Assembly (NCBI GenBank): GCA_965222075.1
Contig: OZ244937.1
Span: 1,504,001-1,568,000 of the forward strand
From: Candidatus Latescibacterota bacterium
Lineage (GTDB): Bacteria; Latescibacterota; UBA2968; GCA-2709665
Length of the DNA: 64,000 nt
Direction of reading: 5' to 3'
The notes under the pieces: generated by a model
What the model was told of the DNA's origin: nothing
Seen by the model: the letters and a program-made list of their open reading frames with translations, nothing else
The model's database searches: none
Made by a program: the position numbers and the translations under genes
In this document: positions 1 to 9,142 of the stretch, piece by piece
Layout of the letters: each line of letters starts with the position of its first letter
Numbering within the stretch: the stretch's first letter is position 1

Positions 1-711
1 CTGCTTGTCTTTCAACATCTTGAGGTTGAACATCCCGGTCTCTTTCGTGAGTTTTTTGCCGAGGACGGTATTGAATGGGATGTTGTGGAACTGGATGCGG
101 GTGAGCGCATCCCGAATTTGGACACCTATGACGCGCTATGGGTGATGGGCGGGCCCATGGATGTGTGGCAGGAAGAGGCGTACCCCTGGTTGATTGAGGA
201 GAAAGCGGCCATTCGATATGCGGTGACCGAGGTAAAGATGCCGTTTGTCGGCATCTGTCTGGGGCACCAGTTGCTGGCTGCAGCCCTGGGCGGCAAGGTG
301 GGTTTGAACGCGCAGCCTGAGGTGGGGGTGATGGATATAACGCTGACGCGGGCGGGTAAGAAGAGTGGGTTTTACAGAGGATTTCCCGACAGGTTGCCCT
401 GTTTGCAGTGGCATAGCGCGGCGGTGAAGTCCGTGCCCGATGATCTGGAGGTTCTTGCGACGTCCGGGCTGTGCCCGGTTCAATCCCTGAGCAGGGGCAA
501 ACGCGTGATTACCACCCAGTTTCATATTGAGATTACGGAGGAGACCATCAAAGAATGGGATGCGGTGCCGGCTTATCACAGGGCCTTGCTGGATACGCTG
601 GGCGAAGATGCGATACTGGATTTCGAGCAGGCTGTGATGGATTATCTGGACGTTTTTCGGGGTTACGCGAGGCAGTTTTATGAGAATTGGAAGCGGAGTG
701 TTGAAGGGTGA
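1..711 (+). CDS. Type 1 glutamine amidotransferase (GATase1-like), 5'-truncated by window edge
   Basis: Frame is open from base 1 (LLVFQHLEVEHPG...). Motifs: MGGPM, GICLGHQ (nucleophile Cys), QWH, QFHIE (His-Glu). Confidence 0.88.
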   Translation: MLVFQHLEVEHPGLFREFFAEDGIEWDVVELDAGERIPNLDTYDALWVMGGPMDVWQEEAYPWLIEEKAAIRYAVTEVKMPFVGICLGHQLLAAALGGKVGLNAQPEVGVMDITLTRAGKKSGFYRGFPDRLPCLQWHSAAVKSVPDDLEVLATSGLCPVQSLSRGKRVITTQFHIEITEETIKEWDAVPAYHRALLDTLGEDAILDFEQAVMDYLDVFRGYARQFYENWKRSVEG

Positions 712-742
712 GGCCGCCGGGCCTGAGTGGGGACGTGCGACG

Positions 743-804
743 TATTTGATGTGACAAATATGCACTGAACTGCAAAAATATCAAGACAATTTTGCAACTT
801 GATA
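743..804. promoter_or_regulatory. AT-rich intergenic region with short inverted repeats, possible operator sites
   Basis: TATTTG-N6-CAAATA (743-760), TGCAAAA/TTTTGCA (771-796), TATCAAG-N12-CTTGATA (779-804), upstream of SD AGGAGG (824-829). Confidence 0.35.
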
Positions 805-837
805 CAAAAATGTCGAACAGAAAAGGAGGCATGATCG

Positions 838-2100
838 GTGCCTGAAAGTCTCAAATTCGATGTGCTCGTCTGTGGCGCTGGAAGTGCGGGCGTAGTGGCT
901 GCACTCGCAGCTGCCAGGTGTGGCGCGAAGACCCTGGTGGTCGAACGAGCGCCATTTGCAGGCGGCATCGTAACTGCGGCGGGTCTGCCTTACTTTGACG
1001 GCATCGCACACGCGGAGTCAGAGAAAATCGTGGTCAAAGGCATCCCGCTCGAAATCGCTATTGCGATGAACCTCTGTCGCAAAGGGGATACACACCTGAG
1101 ACCGCACAACCCGCGCATCCGAAATGTGGAGCAATTCAAGCGCTTGACGGACGACCTTCTGACTTCGCACGAAAACCTGCAGGTGCTTTTTCATACATCG
1201 GTCTGCCATGTCGAATCGGAGGGTGGTCGGATCAAACGGGTCATGATCGCAAACAAGGACGGCCTTGTGTCGGTTGAAGCCAGACAGGTCATCGACACAA
1301 CAGGTGACGGAGACATCGCCGCCTGGGCGGGTGCCGAGGTCCAAAAAAACGACCCATTGATGCCAATGACCATGCACTTCCGCGTCGGCCATGTGCAGTG
1401 CAACCAGCCAGGGATCGGCGGGCGTGCGCGGGAACATCTGATCCGCGCCCAGGAGAAAGGCGATCTGCCCATGTTCTACGGCCCCGGTATCAATTTCGCC
1501 TTTGCCGACGACGAGGCTTATTTCCATGCGGTTCGCGTCAGGGGCGATGCCACAGACGCTGCTGACCTGACGCGCGCGGAAATACAGGGACGCAAAGACG
1601 CCTGGACCATATTCCGAATCTTAAAAAACAATCTACCCGAATTTAAAGAGGCCTACTTCATCAGCAGCGGCCCCTATATCGGCATTCGAGAAACCCGCCG
1701 ACTGGTCGGCCAGATCGTTCTCACAGAAGATGACATCACACGGGGAAGAACATTCGACGATGCGATTGCCACAGGCTGCTGGTATCTCGACGTACACCCA
1801 AACAAAACAACCCTGGGTTCGGCAAATGAAGCGGCGCACGTGCAACCCGACCCCTATGACATTCCGTATCGGGCACTGTTGCCGAAGGAAATTTCAAACC
1901 TGATCGTAGCAGGACGATGTCACTCGGCAACTGCCGGCGCTGCGAGTTCCACGCGTGTGAACGTAACGGCAATGGCAATGGGCCAGGCTGCAGGAACGGC
2001 GGCTGCACGTGCGGTTAAAAAAGCGGATGACGTGGGATTGCTCAATGGGATAGAAGTCCGGTCCCTTCTCGAAACGCAAGGAGCCGGTCCCGTACCGTGA
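838..2100 (+). CDS. FAD-dependent oxidoreductase (FAD_oxidored/PF12831-like)
   Basis: DVLVCGAGSAG dinucleotide-binding motif, IDTTGDGD, GIRETRR, YDIPYRALLP...NLIVAGRC. GTG start 8 nt after AGGAGG. Confidence 0.9.
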   Translation: MPESLKFDVLVCGAGSAGVVAALAAARCGAKTLVVERAPFAGGIVTAAGLPYFDGIAHAESEKIVVKGIPLEIAIAMNLCRKGDTHLRPHNPRIRNVEQFKRLTDDLLTSHENLQVLFHTSVCHVESEGGRIKRVMIANKDGLVSVEARQVIDTTGDGDIAAWAGAEVQKNDPLMPMTMHFRVGHVQCNQPGIGGRAREHLIRAQEKGDLPMFYGPGINFAFADDEAYFHAVRVRGDATDAADLTRAEIQGRKDAWTIFRILKNNLPEFKEAYFISSGPYIGIRETRRLVGQIVLTEDDITRGRTFDDAIATGCWYLDVHPNKTTLGSANEAAHVQPDPYDIPYRALLPKEISNLIVAGRCHSATAGAASSTRVNVTAMAMGQAAGTAAARAVKKADDVGLLNGIEVRSLLETQGAGPVP

Positions 2101-2117
2101 TGATCGCCGATTTCGGT

Positions 2118-3326
2118 TCATAAATACCGCTCGGCCGTAAACTCGACCTTGAGCTGTCGGCCGTCCATCTCACCCATCGGCAGGCCGGGAACCAGGTGCA
2201 GCGTCTCAAGAGGCAGAATTTCCTGAACCGCCGCCTTGAAGCCCTCTGCAGCGGCCCGATTGCCCGCATATGCGACAACCGAACAAACGTCCGCTGAGGT
2301 CAGCCCCTGCTCGGCCATCACCCCCCCGATACGCTCGACCACCTGGCGGGCCTCTTGTTCGGGCGTTGTCCCAACACGCCCTCGAATTTCACCCGCCTGG
2401 ACGAGCTCCCTATCCCGACTCCGGGCCCTCCGCACAACCAGCGCGTCGTCCATGCCCGCCTTCGGAGGGGGAAGCTGCTCGTGTGTCACCTCTAAATCGC
2501 CGTCGCCAACCATCCCCATCACCTGAATCTCCGTAAACAGCCCCTCCTCCCCCCAGAAATCCACCCCATCGGCAATCAGCATCGTCGGCGGTATGCAGTC
2601 CTCCCAGAACCGCTCCACCTCTTCCCGGACAATTCCGGCGACCTCGGCATTCAGCGTGAACGGACGAAGCCGGACCACGTCTTCCCGCGAGCCGCCGAGT
2701 TCCTCAAAAACCGCCCCGATCATCTCGAACACCCGCCGGACCTGCGCGCGTGGATCGTCCATAAACAGCAACTTGATCTCATCGGTCCATGCCACAACGC
2801 CGGACAGATAAACCACGCGGGCCCCGCCAAAACGGCTGATCACAGCCGGCGCCAGTCCCAGAAACTCCGTATCGTAAAGCGTTTCGGGTTGCACCGCAAC
2901 CTGCTCAAAACTCAACCCGGGTGCTCTGGGGATATATGCTGTCGCCTGAACCCGCGCGCTCCACCGGCTCTCCGAATCGATCCAGGGAAGCGTCGTAATC
3001 GCAGACCGGTACCCCTCGCCGAAGCGGGCAAGCCGCTTGACCCGGATATCGGCCAAATCGTACCCCGCCCCGTGGACCACCGTCCACTCGCCAAACGAGC
3101 GGAAATCCCCGCCGTATCCGGACGCGACCTCCGCAAGCGTCTCACAGATCGCCACGCTCTGCGCGCCGGACCAGGCCTGGGGAACATCCTCAGCATCCAC
3201 ATCCGGAGGCAACCGGGCGCCAAGCCCGTTGACATCGATCCGGACCACCTCGCCCAGATGCGTCTTCTTAACCGCCATCTGTTCTCGAACGTCGGGTGCA
3301 GCAGGTGCTTCATCCGCAACTGTCAA
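2118..3326 (-). CDS. RidA/YjgF-like repeat protein
   Basis: Rid-like segments VYLSGVV...QVRRVFE...GGSREDVVRL...EIQV and a second degenerate copy (QEARQVVERI...GLTSADV...KVEFTA). Confidence 0.6.
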   Translation of the reverse strand: MTVADEAPAAPDVREQMAVKKTHLGEVVRIDVNGLGARLPPDVDAEDVPQAWSGAQSVAICETLAEVASGYGGDFRSFGEWTVVHGAGYDLADIRVKRLARFGEGYRSAITTLPWIDSESRWSARVQATAYIPRAPGLSFEQVAVQPETLYDTEFLGLAPAVISRFGGARVVYLSGVVAWTDEIKLLFMDDPRAQVRRVFEMIGAVFEELGGSREDVVRLRPFTLNAEVAGIVREEVERFWEDCIPPTMLIADGVDFWGEEGLFTEIQVMGMVGDGDLEVTHEQLPPPKAGMDDALVVRRARSRDRELVQAGEIRGRVGTTPEQEARQVVERIGGVMAEQGLTSADVCSVVAYAGNRAAAEGFKAAVQEILPLETLHLVPGLPMGEMDGRQLKVEFTAERYL

Positions 3327-3400
3327 AACAGATTCTCCTCAAGAAAAGCATCAGCTGACACATCAGCGCCAAATCGCACGTCCGGGTCACGCGCGACTTT

Positions 3401-5413
3401 TTAATAAAACTTATGCACCCGATGTCCCTGGTACGGAAACCAGATCGCGTCCACCGCCACCCCCGCAGCCACCGCGAGAACATATCCCACCAGCATGCCG
3501 ATGAAAAACGGCATCGACTTCCGGTAGAACGCCGCTCCGCCGGCTTTGAGCATAACGAGCTTGATCAGCCAGGCTACGAAAAACGCGGAACTCGTCCGCC
3601 TCACCAGCCCCGTGCCCGAAAGCGCGAATCCGATTGGATGAATCGGCCACCGGGTGAAGCGATAGCGCAACAGGTTCAGGAGGACCATCACAGCGGCCCC
3701 GGCCAGGAAAAACCAGGTGTTGCCTGTCTCCATCGGCTTGGGAGAGATGATATCGCTCACAGTCCACCGATACTCCCGCGCCCCCGAAATGATGATGATA
3801 TAGTTGGGCCGGAAGTTATAGCCCCCGATCGTGTAGCCCAGCCAGACCGTGTAGAGCGTGGAGAGAACCACCCCCACGGCGAACGCCATCCCCAGCCCCC
3901 AGAAGAGCCGCCGTTTATCCCCGTGCACGAAATCGCCCAGCCGGTTGACGTGGGCCATTGCCACCAGGCCGAACCCCTTATGGTGGCTGAGCGCAAATGC
4001 CGACAGCCTCAGGGCCACGTGCGAAGACGCGTTTAGATTCTTCCCACCGCCCAGGATGGCCGTGGCCAGGGATGATGCGGTGAATCCCCCTGCCGAGGCC
4101 GGCAGGCTGGCATAGATAAATCCTGAATCCGCCACAATCTTCGCCAGACCGGTATAAACCAGGAGCATCGCAGGAACCAGCAGAAAAATCAGCTGTGTCT
4201 CCGCGCCCAGTTGCCAGAGCCAGGCGATAATGTAGAAACAACTGACAGCCAGACCGATAAATGCCCCTCGGTAAGACAGCAGCTCCCGGCTGTCGTCAAC
4301 GGGCGAACGGTCCGGATGCAGGGCCTTTCTGAAGGCGTCGCGAAGGTGGTGCCGGGCCACCCAGAGTCCCCAGAGCACGAGGGCCACAAAGGCGCCCGTC
4401 GTCTGCCACATAAAACGCCCTGCTCCCCAGTAAGGGGTACTCACCGGGATCCCGATCCGGTTCAGCGCACCCCCTTCGAGGATAAACAGCACATCGGACA
4501 GCCAGAGACTGAAGAGAACCTCTAAGCTGGCGAAATAGGAAAAGCAGATCACAACCGTGCTCACAAAGACCCACAGGGGCGGGTAGGCCCTGGGGAGCTT
4601 GATCCACACCCCACCCGCCGTTGGAAACTTTGGAAACGTCGGGTAGAACCAGGCGATCATATTCCACCAGAAAATGAACGAGATCAGCGCAAACCCCGTC
4701 CAGAACGCCCTCCCCTTCATAAACCCCGGCAGCCCGCGCCTCCCGGTTCCCACCTGCGTGGTCATCTCCACGATCGGAATCATCGCCGGATAGACCAGCC
4801 GCTCGTTCGCCGACCACTGCCGGTGCAGCAGAATCGAGACACACGCGCATGCCAGCCCCGCGGCAAAGGCCAACGTGAACCACCAGATCAGCGGCACGGC
4901 CCACACGTCCCAGGGAATCGAAACCCCCTGTGGAAGTCCCTCATAGAACCAGGTCATCGCCCTGGTTTCGTCTGAGGGAACCATCCAGCCCGGCAGGTGG
5001 GAGTGCAGGTACTCCGCCCACTGGTTCTCCGGCGTCGCAAAGTAGTAAGGGGCCACCATCAGACTGACAATGTACCCGCTTACCCCGTAGGTTGGCCCCA
5101 GCGCGCTGATAAATCCCATGCTGAAGATCGTAACCCACTCGGACGGAGAGAAAAGCAACCGCCTGCCGAACCGCCGGGCCAGCGCAGTGCATCCCAGGAT
5201 TGAAAGCAGAAAGAGAATCAGGTTCGCCATCGGCACGTGGCTGTAGGCCATAAACGACCCGTGCGGTACGTAGAGCACCGTATTGGCCAGCAGGTTCACC
5301 GCGATGGCGAGACAGAGCCCGAAGCCGATCGACCGCAGCGTCACGCCCCGCTCCCGCACACCCTCTTCTCCGGGAACCGGGCCAATTTGCATTTTGCAAT
5401 TTGCAATTCCCAT
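3401..5413 (-). CDS. Polytopic membrane protein, DUF6785/DUF6784-like (putative transporter)
   Basis: Many TM helices. Motifs GVTLRSI, PYYFATPENQW, RQWSANERLVYP, WPIHPIG, PFFIG. Start uncertain (5419/5413). Confidence 0.8.
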   Translation of the reverse strand: MGIANCKMQIGPVPGEEGVRERGVTLRSIGFGLCLAIAVNLLANTVLYVPHGSFMAYSHVPMANLILFLLSILGCTALARRFGRRLLFSPSEWVTIFSMGFISALGPTYGVSGYIVSLMVAPYYFATPENQWAEYLHSHLPGWMVPSDETRAMTWFYEGLPQGVSIPWDVWAVPLIWWFTLAFAAGLACACVSILLHRQWSANERLVYPAMIPIVEMTTQVGTGRRGLPGFMKGRAFWTGFALISFIFWWNMIAWFYPTFPKFPTAGGVWIKLPRAYPPLWVFVSTVVICFSYFASLEVLFSLWLSDVLFILEGGALNRIGIPVSTPYWGAGRFMWQTTGAFVALVLWGLWVARHHLRDAFRKALHPDRSPVDDSRELLSYRGAFIGLAVSCFYIIAWLWQLGAETQLIFLLVPAMLLVYTGLAKIVADSGFIYASLPASAGGFTASSLATAILGGGKNLNASSHVALRLSAFALSHHKGFGLVAMAHVNRLGDFVHGDKRRLFWGLGMAFAVGVVLSTLYTVWLGYTIGGYNFRPNYIIIISGAREYRWTVSDIISPKPMETGNTWFFLAGAAVMVLLNLLRYRFTRWPIHPIGFALSGTGLVRRTSSAFFVAWLIKLVMLKAGGAAFYRKSMPFFIGMLVGYVLAVAAGVAVDAIWFPYQGHRVHKFY
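5385..5408. repeat. Short heptamer tandem repeat (TTTGCAA/TTTGCAT x3)
   Basis: aatttgcattttgcaatttgcaatt at the 5' end of the DUF6785-like gene. Confidence 0.5.
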
Positions 5414-5511
5414 CCACACACCTGCTCAGAAGTGACTCCTGACGTCCAGTCCCGGCTCACAGCCCCGTGCCCCTGGGGAGGGGTTCCGTGTCTTTCCGTG
5501 ATAAAAAGAAT

Positions 5512-5557
5512 GGCGGCGGGCCGCCTTCCCACCTGCGAGAAGACGGCCGATGCCGCC
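5512..5557 (-). terminator. GC-rich stem-loop downstream of porV-like gene
   Basis: GGCGGC..GGCCGCCTTC / GAAGACGGCC..GCCGCC arms; AAAAAG just before it reads as a T-run on the minus strand. Confidence 0.4.
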
Positions 5558-5586
5558 AGTGCTGTAAACGCCTATACGGAAAAGCC

Positions 5587-6576
5587 TCAGAAGCTGCCGC
5601 TCACCGTAAGCCGCAGCGGGTTGTTCAGCAGATCCCCAAACTGCGTCCAGGCAATGTCGATGCCAAGCGATCGTCCCTCCTGCATGGGAACCCTCACCCC
5701 TGCGCCCACACTGAAGGTCTCTTCGGAGTAGTTGAACTTGTAGCCTCCGCGCAGCGCCAGGTGCTCTCCCATCACCAGCTCACTTCCCACATGCCACCGT
5801 GCGGCGAAATCGACGGCATAGGCAGTCTCAAAAGAGACCGTCAGGTAGGTCGGATCTCCCTCCTCCTGGTTGCCGTAGAGCTCCCCCGCCCCGCCGACCG
5901 TGAAGTAGAGCGGCATATAGGCATGGTCAAACGAATAGTTCACATCCTTGCCCAGGTTCTTGAGCGACATGGAGAGCCGGACGCTCTTGAAGCCCGTGGA
6001 AAAATGCGTGCCCACGTCAAAGATGGGGGTCGTCGTGCTCTCTGTGAAGATCGTCTGCTGCGCAAAGCGCAACCTCACGCCTACACTCAGCTTGTTCGTC
6101 GGCCGGGCCGCGTAGGTCAAACCCGCCACAAAGGCGTTGCCCTCCACCATCCGGCCGGTCCCCTGCGGCCGAAAGATCGTCCGCTCCTCCACCGTGCCCG
6201 TGCGGAAGGACCGCACGCTGATGCCGATCACGCCCTTCGCCGTGTCATACGTGATGGCCGCCGCGTAAACCGACGTGTCCACCAGCCATCGGTTGTAGGA
6301 CATCATGTAATGCGTACCCTTGAGATTCCCGATTCCGGCCGGGTTCCAGAAGATGCTGCTGATGTCGTTGCCCACTGCCGTGTAAGCATCGCCCATCGCC
6401 ACCCCCCGGGCACCCACGCCGATCTTCAGGAAGGCGAACGTCGAGGCCCCGACCTTATTGCCGTCTTTATTCAAGTCAGCGGCGTAATAGAACCTCTCCC
6501 GGGCATCGGCAGATGAACCAATGCCCAAGAGCACGATCACGAGGACCGATACAGCGATCCGAAATCCGCTTTTCAT
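5587..6576 (-). CDS. PorV/PorQ-family outer-membrane beta-barrel
   Basis: Signal peptide; FLKIGVGARGVAMGDAY...SIFWNPAG signature; C-terminal Phe. Confidence 0.88.
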   Translation of the reverse strand: MKSGFRIAVSVLVIVLLGIGSSADARERFYYAADLNKDGNKVGASTFAFLKIGVGARGVAMGDAYTAVGNDISSIFWNPAGIGNLKGTHYMMSYNRWLVDTSVYAAAITYDTAKGVIGISVRSFRTGTVEERTIFRPQGTGRMVEGNAFVAGLTYAARPTNKLSVGVRLRFAQQTIFTESTTTPIFDVGTHFSTGFKSVRLSMSLKNLGKDVNYSFDHAYMPLYFTVGGAGELYGNQEEGDPTYLTVSFETAYAVDFAARWHVGSELVMGEHLALRGGYKFNYSEETFSVGAGVRVPMQEGRSLGIDIAWTQFGDLLNNPLRLTVSGSF

Positions 6577-6636
6577 ATCCCTCGCTCCTTATGCAAGTAT
6601 AACAGAATGGCTTCAGTCTTCTCTCAACAGGCTGAA

Positions 6637-9054
6637 CTACTTGATAACGAAAAACTTCCCGGTCTGTATCTTCCCCATGCTCGACTCCATCAGGGACTTG
6701 ACTACAAAGAAGTAGACCCCGCTGGAGACCTCACCCGTCATCGACGTGGCCATCTGCGCCCACTTCACCTCCCCCAACTGCCCCGATGTCTTATCCGTGT
6801 CGTCGTGTTCAAAATGGGCCACCATGTCGCCCGAAGACGAGAAGACAAAGATCTCGCAATGGGTCGGAACGTTAACAAAGCGAAGCTCCACCTTCCCCGG
6901 GTACATGTGAACGCCGTCGTCCCAGAACGGATTCGGCACCACATAGACCTCCCGGCTCAGGTTGTCCGTTTCGGAAATCGCGGGCTGGCTTGGGCTGGCA
7001 GGGATCGGCGCCTTCTGTTCTGCCGCCGACAACCCGCTCTCCAACCCCGCCTGCACGTGCGCGGCGACCTTTCCCGGCAGCGTGGCCATCGAGCCCACAC
7101 TCCCCTGCCAGTCCGCATGGCCCGTATCGTAGCTTCGCACCGAGTACCAGTAGTTGAACCCCGCCACGGACTTCACGTCCTCGTAAGTGTAGGTCCCTGC
7201 TGCCCCATCGTGCGAAAAGTTCGCCGCCAGCGCACCCTTGGGCGTCTGCGCGACAAGTGTCCACGGGCCGTCAGGGGTCCACGTAGCCTGATAGATCCGG
7301 TACCCCGCCACATCGGCCGCCTCCCCGCCCGTATAGTCCGGGTCTGTCGCGTTGTCCGCGCCGTCCCCCCAAAGGATCAGGTTAGTGGCGTTGGAGCTAT
7401 CCACGATGCGGGCATACACATCGGGCGGCGCATCGGGCACATCGTACTCGTTCTGGTACGCCCAAATCGCACGCTCTGCGAACTCGACCATCCACTCCTC
7501 TCCCTTGGCCAACTCCGACAAGCTGCGCGGGTTATTCCGCGTCCAGGTGAAGATGTCCCCCTCGCCCGCGCCGCTGCCGATTGCAAATACCATCACGATC
7601 TTGCCCTTCTCACCCGGTGCAAGCGTATAAGGCCCGTAGGTCTGCCCACCGAACCAGGCCGCCACCTGGCTCATGGGCGGATCCGGATCAATACCCGGCG
7701 TGGTGACCATATCGAACATCTGCTTACGGGAGTGCACCGCCGCTCTCGGGTCAGCGAAGACGGTCTGCCCCTCGCACGGCCACCAGCGCACGGCGCGGGG
7801 CTGATCGCCCACTGGCTCCACATATTCTTTGGCCGCATCCCGGCCGTTGAACGGCTTGTCCAACCCGTAGGCCACCGGGGCCATGCCCACAAACTGATAG
7901 GAATTGAACTCCCCGTCAATGCGGCCCGTATTACAGTTGATATTCTGAATTGTGGACTCGATCGGATCGCCCGTATCCTCTAAGAGCGTCGTCGGATTGT
8001 CCCCGTCAAAATGGTAGCCGATCTTCAGGTTTTTCCCGGCCGCAGGGCCACTGTAGTTCGGCGACTCCGAGTACCTCACGTGGTCGTCAATCGACCAGTC
8101 GTGGAAGATGTACCACCGGTCTGCGTAGCGCCAGGCCGTGCCCGCGCCGCTTACCGCCATGGCGTTGATGAACGAAAGGTAGACCTCCTCGAGCGTCTCC
8201 TCGGGCAGATCCCGTTCCCCGTCGCCATCCGAGTCACCGGTATTTTCGAACTCCACCTCTACGATCATAAAATCGTCCCAGTCCCGGTAGCTCCATTCCA
8301 ATGCCTTCCGGCTAAACGTGACGCCCGCAAGCGTCGTCCATTTGGTGACGACAACCTCCTCGGGCCAGTTGTCGTCCGGGATGTACCGGTAGAAATCGAA
8401 GTTCTCGATCTTCGGCGGAATGCGCGAGATGTCTGCGCGTGCCTTCTCGTCCTCAACAAAGGTAGACCCAGGATAATATCTGCCCGTACGCCAATCATTA
8501 CCGGCCAGATCCGCAGGCACGGGAACCTTTTTCACAACACCCAGACCAGCGAGTTCGGAATCTTCTGCCGGGTCGTACAGCATCGGGAAGATCTCGTCTA
8601 ACAAGTCCCCCCTCGGGTTCGTGTACACGACGTAGTGGCCGTCCACCGAGGCGTTGCCGACCGGATGGCCGGAAAAGCTCGCCGGTACCTTCGTACTCAG
8701 CCAGATCCCCTCCCCGTGCGACGAACGTTCCTGGTTCGCCTCGGAGTTGCAGTCGTGCCGGTGCGTAATGAGACTTTTTGTCCAGCTACCGCCCGCCACC
8801 ACGTCCCCCCCTGCCTGTCTGGGGTAAGAAAGTCCGATGCTGTACCCGCGGACCTGGTCAATCGTTGCTCCCTGGGTACCCAAGTTCGTGAACCGGCTGC
8901 CAATCAACCCGCGTGTTGTGCCGGTCGACGAAGCGCTCGCCGCATCGTTGGCCATGGCATTTCCCGACCAGAACAGACCCAGACCAACTGAGATCAGCAA
9001 AACGCCGGACAGCGTCCAGTTCTTGTTCCCAATCATGGATAAACTCCTTTTCAA
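6637..9054 (-). CDS. Secreted protein with FN3-like region and T9SS-type C-terminal sorting domain
   Basis: Signal peptide; GYRIYQ/YWYSVRSYD FN3-like region; C-terminus VYVVPNPF...SSGVYF...GKFFVIK. Confidence 0.75.
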   Translation of the reverse strand: MKRSLSMIGNKNWTLSGVLLISVGLGLFWSGNAMANDAASASSTGTTRGLIGSRFTNLGTQGATIDQVRGYSIGLSYPRQAGGDVVAGGSWTKSLITHRHDCNSEANQERSSHGEGIWLSTKVPASFSGHPVGNASVDGHYVVYTNPRGDLLDEIFPMLYDPAEDSELAGLGVVKKVPVPADLAGNDWRTGRYYPGSTFVEDEKARADISRIPPKIENFDFYRYIPDDNWPEEVVVTKWTTLAGVTFSRKALEWSYRDWDDFMIVEVEFENTGDSDGDGERDLPEETLEEVYLSFINAMAVSGAGTAWRYADRWYIFHDWSIDDHVRYSESPNYSGPAAGKNLKIGYHFDGDNPTTLLEDTGDPIESTIQNINCNTGRIDGEFNSYQFVGMAPVAYGLDKPFNGRDAAKEYVEPVGDQPRAVRWWPCEGQTVFADPRAAVHSRKQMFDMVTTPGIDPDPPMSQVAAWFGGQTYGPYTLAPGEKGKIVMVFAIGSGAGEGDIFTWTRNNPRSLSELAKGEEWMVEFAERAIWAYQNEYDVPDAPPDVYARIVDSSNATNLILWGDGADNATDPDYTGGEAADVAGYRIYQATWTPDGPWTLVAQTPKGALAANFSHDGAAGTYTYEDVKSVAGFNYWYSVRSYDTGHADWQGSVGSMATLPGKVAAHVQAGLESGLSAAEQKAPIPASPSQPAISETDNLSREVYVVPNPFWDDGVHMYPGKVELRFVNVPTHCEIFVFSSSGDMVAHFEHDDTDKTSGQLGEVKWAQMATSMTGEVSSGVYFFVVKSLMESSMGKIQTGKFFVIK

Positions 9055-9142
9055 GATAGAACCCCCCGCTTCCTGACCGTTCGGTCTTCAGCGGCCGGCT
9101 TTTCGCCGGGGGCCGATCGCCGGCCGCCGAACGCGTTCCTCC

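Noticed and set aside
8810-8822. CCTGCCTGTCTG as another hairpin element
   Set aside because: No matching CAGG arm nearby; likely ordinary coding sequence.
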